Below the pieces are notes generated by a model, which had not been told where the DNA came from, searched no databases, and saw nothing but the letters and a program-made list of their open reading frames with translations. The translations under genes and the position numbers were made by a program. Source: Chromera velia (lineage: Eukaryota). Taken from it: DNA of 51,499 nt. Location of the stretch: the NCBI GenBank assembly GCA_018398765.1, contig JAHBMJ010000285.1, positions 1 through 51,499 of the forward strand. The letters run 5' to 3'. This document shows positions 27,150 through 38,930 of the stretch, in pieces; position 1 is the stretch's first letter, and each line of letters opens with the position of its first letter.

Positions 27150-27758
27150 TATTCATAAACAACGGCGATAGTAGCATTGCATGCTTTTGCGCAGGCAAGG
27201 TCTTTCCAGGGATGCTTTTGCAGTCCGACAGGAAACGACTGCAAGAGACCGCCTGACAAGCCGACTTGCTGATGAGGGGTTGCGAACATATGCCGAAGGC
27301 CTTGCTCCGGAGGTCAGCGCTTCGAACGATCCTAAATCTGGCTTTGAAGTGTTCACCATTGCTTTAAATGCCATTAAATTCTCTTCAAGGACTGAAATGT
27401 ACGCATAAAAATACGGTCAAACTCTTCAAGTTTCTCACTTATTGTACAGAAGAACCTTTTATTACTGTATACTAGGAGGCTTTATATCTCACAGTGTATA
27501 TGTAGGGTCCACGCATAAGGTTATTTTTTTAAATTCGTCTCTCTTTTTGTTTTTTCTGCAAAAACGCTTTTGAAGTGCCTGGCGTGACTGAGTTAGTAGT
27601 TTTATGTGTATTTGGAGTGAGAACGTTTGATGTGATATACCTGTCTGGCGAATCAATTGCAGACACTCAAAGCGCTTGGCTACACCGAAGAGAAGTACGG
27701 GGAGGAGTCCCAGGCGACTGAGCAGCTCTTTAAGGAAGCGGACGTCCATATATGCCAA
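27150..27758 (-). pseudogene. Degenerate MULE/Mutator-like DDE transposase fragment
   Basis: Reading through stops gives KITLCVDPTYTL*D...VLLYNK*ET*RV*PYFYAYISVLEE. After a frameshift it reads FATPHQQVGLSGGLLQSFP...DLACAK. This resembles the MULE core pattern (D.T[YF]...P.[AF][YF]...TD...AL...FP...C..H). Recognised by eye only. Confidence 0.45.
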
Positions 27759-27824
27759 GACCTCCTAGGCCGCGACTGAGAAGGACCCCCCCTCAAGGTC
27801 CTCGGCAAATTTTAAACCAATAAG

Positions 27825-28592
27825 ATGTCAAACGAGCGTCATTTGTCCACATTTGTTTCTGAAAAGTGGGTTCTAGTTCAATATCGCCTAGAATCTGCTC
27901 CATCAGTGTCGTCTGAGAAGAGCAGCAAGGAAATGCCTGTTTCGGAGAATGAAATGGGGGGGGAAACAGGGCCCCTGCTACTGGGCCTAATATTTATTGA
28001 AGAAGTTCTCAACTCGGGACAGAAGAACATGGAGCTGGTTGGCCATTGGTGGGAGCCTGCGAGTGAAAAAAATGGATATTACGGGTCGCTTTGGCCCTGT
28101 TATGTTCAATAAAAAACCGATCATAAAAAGAGAGCCATCCTGAGAAGAAAAGAACTGTAGAGAGTGTCGGTATCAATGGCTTTGTGTTGCACATAGCTTA
28201 CCATCTATAAACAAACAGGAATGTACGAGAAAGGTGTGCTTCATACAGCTACGTTTGAGTGGTTGAAGTAAAATCACTTTGATATTGTTATTGAGGGTGA
28301 GGATATTGCGAAAAAGGTTATGACTTCATTGAAAGAGGGAAGTGGAGATTCAGACAGAGGTGATTTGTCAGATGCAGAAGAAAAAGATGAGATGGGTGTT
28401 TTGGATAGAGCCTGAGCTTCGTCTTCAGCCTCGTCTTCATTGTCAGCCGCCGCTGCGGCTGATCCAGAACAAAATCAGAGGCGTCGCGGAGGTAACCAAT
28501 TTACATCCGGCTCAGCGCTTCGGCCATCCATAAAAACCATCATGAAATCTTTGAAACTGGGTAAAGGAAAAGGGAGAGGCAAGGGTCGCTGA
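27825..28592 (+). pseudogene. Degenerate coding remnant of unknown function, divergent from the transposase-like remnant
   Basis: A 95-aa ORF (MSNERHL...ELVGHWWEP...YGSLWPCY) is followed by stop-interrupted coding-like sequence ending ...MKSLKLGKGKGRGKGR*. Confidence 0.3.
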
Positions 28593-30543
28593 CATGATGC
28601 ACCAGAAGAAAATTAAAAAACATACAGTAGAAATCGAATAAATGCTTAAAGCGCTTCTGTAATTAAAGATTTGGTTTTATATTGAAATATTATTATGTCT
28701 ATTTTCTTAGTTGTTATTAGTATCAGTGCGAAAAGACACATCAGATCAAATAGTTTCCTTTTTTTTTTTATCTCCGTTTTTTTGTTTATTTTATTATATT
28801 TCACTATATAATAGAACAGTTTTAACTTTTTATTCATATTTATTGTACTATTAATAAATTGTTTATATTTAAATCGGTAATAGATCCTATAAGAATATTT
28901 ATAGTATAAATTTTTAGCTAAGTTTTAAATGAATTATACTAAGAATTATAATTTTAAATTAAATATTCACTTTTTTCTTGTTCTGATCCGGATTGCACGA
29001 AGTTTAAATTTCATGAATTGTAATTTCAATTGATTGTATGCACTCTTCCTACTGTGTTAACTAGTCTGTTTAATGCAATTGAATCATGCTGAAATAAAAG
29101 TAGGTCGAAACTTAGTAAAAGCACACATGCTATTATACCAACTAGTTTTGAAGATAAACTTTTGGTAGAGTCCTCCGCATGTAAGTCTTCTACCAATTAA
29201 TCATTATGAGACTACCATACATAAAATCAGCTAGTGCATACAATATTTTGGTTATTGAAAAAAAAATAAATCACTAAACTTTCTTAGAAACCTTCAAAAA
29301 TATACTTTTAAATGAGGTCATTTTTTAAAGTGGAAAAAAAAAAAGATGAAAAAAAAAAAAATGGTTTGTGATGCTTAAGTTTTTTTTTTTTTTTAACGAG
29401 ATGATTTTGTTTCAAAACCACCTAAAAAGTTCGGATTAAAAAGTCAAGTTCGAATCTAAAAAATACTTGAATCATGGCTAAAACAACACTAAACAACACT
29501 GTGTGTAAAACAACACATAGTGTACGTAACCCTAGTATGACTATATAAATGCATATTTAACAGAGACAGTTGATTGACAGAAGCAGTGCCACCCTGTGAT
29601 CATGAATCGCAAATCTGCTTGTAGACATGCGAAGGCAACCAATCAGAATCGGTCAGATCGAAACGAGAAAGGACACGGTCAGGGTGGATGTGGACTAATC
29701 CATTAGCAAATAAAGGAAGCCTGATCGTGTGAACAACTGTAGAATCCGGTGTGTGACAGTCCTGCCACAAATGAATGACAGGCAGGCGACCAGTGGCATC
29801 TCTCCATGCAGGTAAACTCAACTCAACTGTGAAGAGACGACCATTGCTGTTCATAACAATTCCACACCTCCCCTGCTCTGAAGGTCTGACAACAGGAGCC
29901 GGCTGGGAAGAAGAAAATGGAGAGGCAGGAAGAGAACGATATGCACGAACCAGAGTAAAAAGAACAGGAGGGAAGTCGAGAGGAGGGTCGGGAAGGGAAG
30001 GAAGGGACAAAGATGAAGAAGACGAAGAAGATGCAGGGGGAGAAGAAAGAACCTCATCGTCACTGATATCTGCTCCCTCCAAAACGTACCCTAGGCCTCA
30101 TTGTACAGGAGCAGAAGGGAAAGAGATCGAGGCTCGAGTAGGCCAATGCTTGGGTGGAGGGGTGGGATGGAGAGGAATTTCACGTAATGCCGTACAAAGT
30201 CTCTATACTCGAAAACCGACCTTTATGCTGAAGTCTGACTTTTGTATTTCATGTGCTTGCATGGCGCGCGCGGCGTAGGATCCACGTGTATGTCATGCGC
30301 TGGCCGTGGCGCGATGCGCTTAATTATGGCTGCTCGTGTTTGGGCCCAGACTGTGGTGGTGGCGTAGCGGATAAGCCCCCCGTTCAGGAGTGGTACCCGC
30401 CCCTCCTGCACAAGTCTTTCCAGAATGGTCAGGATCGTACTTTTGTCCTCACCCGTGAGGGTTGCGTTGTTCATAGTGCTGTGTAACAGACGCGGCGCTA
30501 CCCATCACATGTGGTACTCCAGAGCGGCGGTGTGGACCTCGTC

Positions 30544-30835
30544 ATGATCCAAAACGCCAATCGCCGTCAGCATCCCACCGAGAACATCCGAGTAGGAGAT
30601 TACATCCTGGTGCACCATACGTGGTGGCCACGTCCTGTGGGGAAGGGGGGGGGATATGTCAGGAAGCTTGATTTAGTTTGGTTTGGTCCGTTCGAAGTCG
30701 AGACCGTTCTGCCTCGAGACAATCTGGAGGTTGATTTGCCTGCTGAGAGCAGGAAGCACCCTATCATTCACACATCATTGTGCAAGCCTTACCATCAGCC
30801 GAGTGGGGAGACTCGCCCCCCGTCTATCCGCATGC
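30544..30835 (+). mobile_element. Ty3/gypsy (Tf2-like) integrase C-terminal GPY/F fragment
   Basis: Translates as MIQNANRRQHP..IRVGDYILV...RKLDLVWFGPFEVETVL..NLEVDLPAESRKHPIIHTSLCKPY, the GPF module of Metaviridae integrases. The rest of the element is absent. Confidence 0.8.
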
Positions 30836-32117
30836 TTCTATTTATTTCTGTATTGCAAGTCTATTATTTCTCTCTCTATATTGCCAGTCTGTCACTTAAT
30901 TCTCTTAGTGCACTTAATTAATGTCGGCCGGGCTTAGTATTGCGAAGTTAGTTTCCTAGTCCCAGTTCTAGCAAGTTTGACGGGTGATCAAGTTACCGTA
31001 CAAGCCACAACGTAACGTGCCCTCTCTCCCCCCATGGCCTGTGCACCTCACTCAGGCCGAAGCATGGAAATTGGCAATCGCTTGTTTTACATTCTTTAAT
31101 AATGACAGGGGCTCCCATGATGCGTCTTCCAATGGATATCCCCTCCAGAGAACCTTGTACTGCTTGGCCTTGCCCCTCTCTTAGACTACAAAGATTTTCT
31201 CGACTTCATACTCCTCCTCAGCCTAAGTAGTTGAAGAGGAGTCAAACGAAGGAGAAAAGACCGTCATGATAGTCCGTTCTGACAGTTCCGTCGAACGAAC
31301 CGGAAGAAGACGTTTCCGGTTCGAAACTAAGCGTACTCGTCAGAGCTTCCTAACCGAAAAAGTGGGAAGATCTCAAGTTGAAAGACGGCAGTCGTAAGAC
31401 GCCCAAAATTAGATGGAACACAACAGCCAAAAAAGGCTGCAGCGTTTTCTCGTCAATCCTCTCTTAAAAAAGCCTCCTCCTAGAGAGGTAAAAAAAGGGA
31501 TTGGACAGAGGAGCAACTAAGCCGGGAAGCCCTTTCCAGTCGGCACAAAGGCAGAGGGATGCCTCCTGAAGGTGAGTACCCCCTTCGCAATATAGCCACT
31601 AGATCCACAATAAGTGTTACTCTTATATATTCCCTCGCTTCTCTTTCCTTGCTAATGTGTAGGGTGGCATGAGGACAGTGAGCATAATGAGCGTCGATTC
31701 AGCATGTTAAAGACCGTTATAAAAGTCAGTGACTATGTTAAACATAAACCGATCTGACTCATGGAAGTTGGCGTCTCCTCACATCTCGTTTTTTGAAGTT
31801 GCTCTCACAATTTCTCATGCAGAGAGGGTCGACTACAGGATTACGAACCTCTCACATTTCCCACCCATGCCACGTGCTTTCGTAGAAGGGATGACAGTAA
31901 ATCACTGTGCATCCTTCTCTTCTGCCTAACTGCAGAGTGTCAGGAGATCCCAGAAAAGCGCTTCCCGCCCGTCTATGAGAAGGCAGCCCGGTTTCGGTAT
32001 ACGGGCCTGCACGGGCCCCCACAAAAGGTAAGGTGAGATAACACTCCCCCCCCCCCAAAATATATTAACCGTCCACATCAACTAATGCAGCCGTAGTTTT
32101 GCATTTCTCCCTTCATC

Positions 32118-32552
32118 GTGGCAGACAAAAAAGAGCAAAAACCTCTCTCTCTGTATAACTTTCTATTCTCAATAGGCAAAGAACGGCAAAGATTCCTCTC
32201 TCTGCGTGTCTTCACTCTTTGCAGACAAAGTAAGACAGAGATTCTTCTCTCAGTACATCTTAAAGTTTTCATTCTTCACAGACAGAGAAGGGCAAAGACC
32301 CCTCTTTCTGTACATCTTCATTCCTTGCACAGAGAAAGGCAGGACCCTTCTCTCTGTATATCTTCTTCTTTGCAGATAGAAAAGGGTAGAACCCTTTTTC
32401 TGTACACCTTTCTTCTTTGCAAACAGAGAAAGGCAGGACCCCTCTCTCTATGCATCTTTTCATTCTTTGCAGACAGAGAAGGGCAGAGACCCCTCTCTCT
32501 GTACATCTTCATTCTTTGCAGACAGAGAAGGGCAGGACTCCTCTCTCTGTAC
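32118..32552 (+). repeat. ~50-bp minisatellite (tgcagacagagaagggcaggacccctctctctgtacatctttcttctt), ~9 copies
   Basis: Tandem units are visible; it is the same family as 45870-46642, in the opposite orientation. Confidence 0.9.
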
Positions 32553-32750
32553 ATTTTTCTGAGCGCGCAGCGGATAAAACCGCCACCCCTATTTTTTCTC
32601 GCCCGCACGGGACGGATTTGACGTTCCCGGCTCGGCGCGTTGGTGCCGCAAAGGCCGCGCCGGGCCCGGGACTATATTTCCCGCGTCGGATCGTGATTTC
32701 CGTCGTTTGAACGCACGGCTTCGCTCCGCAAGCTAGGCTTCGCCTTCCAT
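32551..32750 (+). mobile_element. Terminal segment 'B' of an unclassified interspersed element
   Basis: Homologous to 45059-45196 (acatttttctgagcgcg...gaacgcacggcttcgctccgcaagctagg.ttcgccttccat). The 45059 copy lacks a ~60-bp internal stretch. Confidence 0.75.
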
Positions 32751-33084
32751 GCATGCATGCATGTTTTTTTTTCATGCATGCGACCGGCCATGCATGCATG
32801 CATGTTGAATTATAATAATTCTCTTTTTTGTATACGCACATTCATGCTTCTGAGATGGACTCAAAATGACTAAAGTGTACAGACATCTTGATTGCTTCCC
32901 GTCGATCTCACTCGTCTGCTAACGTCCCCTCTTAAGCAGGCCACTGTGTTCTGTCAGAATCTCAGGCAAAACCTCGCTCGACACACGATCGTCTCGGTCT
33001 GACAGCGTTCGAACTTCCAAACAACAGTTGGTGAGCGTCTGTCCCAAGCTTTACTTTAATTATCAATATAGAAATATTCAGAAG

Positions 33085-33801
33085 ATGAAGTTTGCAGTCT
33101 GTCTTCTCCTCAGTGTCGCCATGACACCCTATGTGAGATCCCAAAGCCCAACAGGTACAGGTCCCCCCACACCCACTGCCACAGTCGGCACCCCCCCCTC
33201 TCCTTCGCCTACTCCTTCCTTTTCTCCCTCTCCCAAACCCAAGAAGGCAGGAGAGAAAGAGGGGGGATTTAAGTTTGATTTTGAATCTCTGAAGCTTGGA
33301 GATCTCCTCAAGGCAGCGCCTGCTTTCGGTGACATGAAATTTGGAGACCTGTTCTCCTACACCGAGAAGAACGAAACAGACGACGAGGACGATAAACCCA
33401 AGTTCGATTTCGACTCCTTCAAACTCGACTTCGACCTCAGTAACTTGTTTGGAGGCAAAGACACAAACAAAATGGAGAAGGCAGATAAATCGGTGAAGAA
33501 GTCTCCTTCTCCTTCTGTCACGCCTTCAGTCACGCCTTCCGCAACGCCTTCCCCCACGCCTTCCGTCACGCCTTCCCCCACGCCTTCCGTCACGCCTTCC
33601 GCAACGCCTTCCCGCACGCCTTCCGTCACGCCTTCCGCAACGCCTTCCCGCACGCCTTCCGTCACGCCTTCCGCAACGCCTTCCCCCACGCCTTCCGTCA
33701 CGCGTTCCGCAACGCCTTCCGCAACGCCTTCCCCCACGCCTTCCGTCTTGCCTTCCGCAACGCCTTCCACCTCGGTTTCTGCTATCCCTGGGAGGCGATG
33801 A
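33085..33801 (+). CDS. Secreted Ser/Thr/Pro-rich mucin/extensin-like protein, 238 aa, intronless
   Basis: ATG at 33085 starts a signal-peptide-like MKFAVCLLLSVAMTPYVRS. It is followed by a PT/PS linker, two FKFDFESLKL/FDFDSFKL motifs and about 22 TPSx repeats encoded by a 12-bp tandem unit. Confidence 0.8.
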   Translation: MKFAVCLLLSVAMTPYVRSQSPTGTGPPTPTATVGTPPSPSPTPSFSPSPKPKKAGEKEGGFKFDFESLKLGDLLKAAPAFGDMKFGDLFSYTEKNETDDEDDKPKFDFDSFKLDFDLSNLFGGKDTNKMEKADKSVKKSPSPSVTPSVTPSATPSPTPSVTPSPTPSVTPSATPSRTPSVTPSATPSRTPSVTPSATPSPTPSVTRSATPSATPSPTPSVLPSATPSTSVSAIPGRR

Positions 33802-34233
33802 GATCAGTACCGATCACTGCAACAGCTGTCCTGAATGCCAGGTGTGCACGTCAAGAATGAAAAACACTTTTGCGCATTACATTCGACTCCCATTTGAGCT
33901 GTTTGCCCTCCACTTGAACCATTTGGTTTTTTCAAAGGAAAAAGGGAGTACCTATGCACGATAGAAAAGCGAGGCATCGTACATGAGTCATCGGCACTGC
34001 CAGCTGTTCGCCTAGCTGCTCCTGAGATGATACGATCCCATAGATCTTTATTCAACTGGAAGTTTGGAACTTGAATATCGATCCATGCACAATCATACAG
34101 GATTTGACTCATCTGCACAATATACCACATCGCTATAGCCATGTTATCGATCTAGCATGTCATTTAATAAACATTTTTAGCACTGAAATTACTAATTCAA
34201 ATTAGCAGTGATGCTAGTGAACTGGCTCTACAG

Positions 34234-34881
34234 TACCCTGCATGTGGCCAGGATTTTGCAGGATTTTAGGCCAGGATTTTAGCGGATTTTACGGGATTTT
34301 AGCCAGAATTTTAGCGAATTTTAGTGGATTTTACCCAGGATTCTGCCGGACTCTTAACGTTAAAAATATAATCCCTATACCTAGGATTTTAGAATCTAAA
34401 TAAATCTAAAATTCTGGAAGAAAGCTAAAAACCTAGCCTCTTCCTAGGATTTTACAGGATTTTACGGGATTATATGGGATTTTACAGGATTATACGGGAT
34501 TTTACGAGATTTTAAAGAAATGAATAAAATTAAATTCAAAGATGAATGATACACTTCCAGTTTGACCTGAAGGGATAACCGGCATCGATTGTGATCAACT
34601 TTCATTTTATTGTTTTTGTTTATGTTAAAATCCCGTAAAATCCCGTATAATCCCGTAAGATCCCGTAAAATCCTGGTATTCATTTCTAAAATCTTAGGAT
34701 CCAAAATTTTAGTCTTTATAATCCCTAGAGCCAGGGTTCTAGATTCTGAATCCTGGAGAAATAGTCCGGCAGAATCCTGGGCAAAATCCGCCTAAATTTG
34801 CTAAAATCCTGGCTAAAATCCCGTAAAAAACGCTAAAATCCTGGGTTAAAATCCCATAAAATCCTAGCTACCTGCAGAGTA
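34234..34881. mobile_element. ~650-bp foldback-type MITE with very long inverted arms and TA at both ends
   Basis: Left taccctgcatgtggccaggatttt... matches the reverse complement of right ...aaaatcctagctacctgcagagta. The arms (~290 bp) are built from ggattttac/gtaaaatcc subrepeats around a central spacer of ~70 bp. Confidence 0.85.
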
Positions 34882-36151
34882 ATGTTTATACGCTTAATTC
34901 TTTTATTATGTATAAGCATTGTATGTAGATACTAGTATAAATACATAATAATATTAAGAACTTTTGTTTTATATGTATAATTTGAAAATACTAATCAAAA
35001 TATTAATTATAAAAAAGTTTTAATTACATATACATGTATATTTAACTAAATATTTAAGTTCAAAACTAGATTCAAAACTTTAAAAACATTATAGTCAATT
35101 TATAGACATATACACAAACTTCAAAATCTAGAACAAATCGTATTTATATTTATTTCTAGATTTATTTTATAACATTAATTCATAACTGTGATGCACTGTA
35201 TTACAACACTTGTAATAACTTGTACAGCACTTAGTGTCACCACAACTATATGAATTAACTTTGAAGAATACCTAGAAGAATACATGTTTTTTGAAGTTAG
35301 ATGCAAGTCAATTATTAGAGTTTTTAAATTAAAGAGACACGCTATATATTATGGAGTAACATGGATGACTAAACCACAAAAGACTGATTGAGTAGAACCT
35401 AGAGTGTTGCAATATAGCCAGATGTGTTGCAGTGTTGCGTACAGGGATGGAAGGAGAAAAGTAAGGCGGACGTGCTAGGGCTAGTGCTAGGAACGGATCT
35501 CAAATACATCCCCCTGTAATTATTATTTTTCAAAAAATTAGATATCGATATTCGGTATCAATAATTATAAATAATGATATTTTTCGATATCGATACGATA
35601 ATAACCATCCCTAATTTTATTTCTTACATGTATATGTATCAAATTGTAAACAATATGCATTTCAAAACTCCGCACTGATCGATAATCGTCCATCTCCACA
35701 TCCCAAAAGGTCTGGATGACTAGCCGCTTTGTGGTGAACAGACTCTCTTTCACCCGGCATGCAGAGAGCGAACCCAGACCTCGATCCTTACTCCCATTTG
35801 GGAACACCGAATTAATATCCTCTGTCGGGTTCTCCGTGCTTCTTTCTGTCCCTCTGAACGGCAGAGCGGGACAGTGTTTTTCTTCTTAGAGGCTTCATGC
35901 AAGATCTCCTTCGTTCTGAGCCACTCGAAATGAATGGAAGGGAAATGGAAAAATAGAGCCTGCAGGACCTATCCAAACCAAAGGCAGCAAACACGACAGG
36001 ACTTCCCTGTCCCAAGCTCAGACACAACCCCGCAAAAAGCTTCGAAGTGATCCTCCATCCGTTGTTTTCGTTATCTTCCCGTCAGCACTACTCAATTCGT
36101 TTCTGCTTCCACCGGTCCCTGGATTCAGGAATGAGGCCTTGAACGAACTAA

Positions 36152-38864
36152 TTAGCCGAAGGGGCTCCTCCTCACGCCTCCGGCACCTGCCCCCCCTGGG
36201 GCCCCTGCTGAGGGGGGCACCTGAGGAGCCCCAAAGGGGCCCTGCTGCACCGGAGGAGGCTGGTGTCCCTGCTGCTGTTGCTGCTGTTGCCATGCCGGGC
36301 CACCAGAGGGAGGAGGAGCAAAATACGCCCCCCCCGCCCCGGGGGCCGGTGCCGGGTGTCCAAGAGAGGCCGCGGGGGGCGGGTACGGGTCCACAGGAGC
36401 CCCGGGTCTCCGGGGAGGGGAGACGAACGTTCCCCCCCCTGCTGGAGGGGGGGGGGCGGACGAGGGGGGGGGTCCTCCGCCTGCACGGAAAGGGGGGAGT
36501 TGAGAAAAAATGGGGAAAAGGTTCCAGGATAGGGAAAGAGAGAGGCGCAAAAAAGAGAGGAGAAAAAAACAGAGCAGTCATACTTGTGATTCTTCGTTTT
36601 AATTTTGATGAGACTGTTCTTGACCTAAGGAAGACAATAAAAGGTCCACAAGTCCGTCTGTCTTTCTGTGCGACAAAATCTCGAAATCCGCCCTGTCGTT
36701 CCTCTTGTCAGCTTGTTTCCCTCCGCTACCAGAGAGGCAGGAATCTAGGAAGCATCTAGAACTAGGGGAAAGCAGGCCTGCTTTGGAAGCTGACTGACTG
36801 ACCCGAGAGGACGTCCACGTATCTGTTCGCTGCTGCCCCCCCCGCCCCCGTGAGCATCGCTGCCCCCGCCCCTGCGGATGCGACGGGAGCCGCGGTTGGG
36901 GGGGGGGGCAGGGACGCGATGTGCTGTGCGTGTGCGGCAGCTGCAGCTTCTCTTCTGTCGACTTCGTCTTCTTCGCCTGCACACAGGTTGAATGAATGGT
37001 GGATTGATGGCAATATGGGATCATGGACGGATTGCCGGGCTCCTGCTGATCTTTTGAAGGCGCAAGTAGGCAGAGATGCAGACACGCAATCAGGCTGCAC
37101 TGCTTGTTTCTTCTGGTAAGAAAGAGACAGTGGGAGTGGTACCGCATCTGAAGCAAGACCTGCGTCAGGGAAGGGGAGAGGGAAAGCAGACCAAACAAAC
37201 TCGTCCCTGTGCAATGTATGGAGACTGCACGCAAGACGACAAGACACGGAAGGACTTTCTTCGAACCCTCCGCTCCTTTCCGGACCTCTATCACAATCAA
37301 CAAATGAAATGCAAGAAAAAAGACCAAAACTTTTGGAACACAAGGAAGAGGCAGACAAGACAAGATATCCATCTCTCTAGCAGAGCAGCCGACAGACCTT
37401 CCATGACCCATCTCTGTTTGGCCTTGTCGAAATAGTATTTGTTCTCTACTCCCACCTCCCTTTCCTGCTGGACCCCCGTGATGGCCTTCTTCAGGCCCCC
37501 CACCAGGGAAGAGAACAGACCGCCCCCCTCTGCACCCGACTCACTGCCTCCGGAAGGCACAGGGCTGGCAGGCTGCTGCTGCGGTTGCAGGTGCTGCTGC
37601 TGCTGTTGGACCTGGGGCTGGGGCACTGGCATCTGCCCTTGGGCGGCAGCAGCGACAGGAGGACCTCCCGGGACTGCAGGAGCCAGGGGGGGCGGCTTCA
37701 CGGCAGACGGCTGGTGGTCCAGGCCAGGGCTGCGTCCGCTTGGTCCCCCCTGCTGGTGCTGTTGGTCTTTGGAGGCGAATGAAGAGGCGACGTTTTTGAG
37801 GCCTCCCCAGAGTGACGAGAGCGCACTGCCGACCTGACTGGAGGTCTGGCCAGCAGACGAAGACTGCAAGACAGGAAGAAGGGGAGAAACATTGAAGACC
37901 GTCACAGCCAGTGGTTGAAACTGAGCAGTCAAAAGTGAAAAAGAGTAGAAAGAAATCGGAAGATTCGGTTTCCCTTCTACACAATGAATGACGAGGGGCA
38001 ACAGGCCCCTGCAGAGAACCAGAGAGAAACATGCAGAAATGAATACACGATAGATTAAAGAAAAACGAATGAAGAAGAGCCATCGAAGGGATCCATGCAC
38101 CGACGCACACCCTGCCCAGTCCGCTCACATCCGTACGGCCCCACGCACCCACAAACAAACCCTCTGACCGACCCACCGGTCCTGCAGCCTTATCCTTGTG
38201 CTCCTTGATTCTCATCTCTGTCTCTCTCAACAAAAGCTTCAGTTGGTCCGGGACGGCAGGAGCGGGCATGGTCCTCATGAAGGCTGTGGTGAACTGGCAA
38301 TACCGGCTTGCCTGAAGAGAAGAGGCATGCAGGGAGACGAAGGAAGTCATGGAGAATGAAGATGAGCACGGCACTCATTCAAAAGGAAGGGACTCTAGCA
38401 TGACAATTTACTCGGCACCTGGCTGCCGTTTTTTTTTCAGCCACCGAGCTGGGTGTGTGAGATTGCAAAGTGTGAGCGCATAGGCAATCGGCTGCGTGGA
38501 TGAGTGAGTTGTGAGTAGGTTCCGAAGGCCAGCCAGCCGATCAGCCGAACCGACCGACTGACCTTGGAGAAGAGCCCAAACTCTGAAAGTCTCCCCGCAT
38601 AGAGAAGGCGGAAGGGCTGGAGGCTCGGGAAAAAGAACTGCAAGCAAAAAGGGCGAAAGGGAACACGACCATCAATCACAAGAAAGAAGTGGGAGGGACA
38701 TGGGGGGCCTTCCTTTTTCGAAGCAGTCACACCGAGAGAGAGTAAAGGGAGAACAGAAAGGAAAACGACAGCCAAGCGTGCGTTTACAACTGCACAAACT
38801 CAGCAGAAATGTCTGACATTCCGGTGGAGGGGTTAGGCAGCAAGTGTAGCACAACTCACAAGCA

Positions 38865-38930
<66 letters not shown>

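Larger units (their letters stand above)
20411..29477. mobile_element. ~9.07 kb putative DNA transposon relic bounded by terminal inverted repeats (Mutator-like)
   Basis: 20411-20469 (ccatgattcaagtattttttagattcgaacttgactttttaatccgaactttttaggtg) is the exact reverse complement of 29419-29477, and similarity continues imperfectly inward. AT-rich subterminal repeats lie at 20480-20710. The interior holds stop-ridden coding remnants. No target-site duplication is visible. Confidence 0.7.

Noticed and set aside
35442..35613. hAT-like mini-element (cagggatgg...ccatcccta with gatatcg subrepeats)
   Set aside because: The inverted match is only 8 bp and there is no 8-bp TSD. At most it is a solo end.
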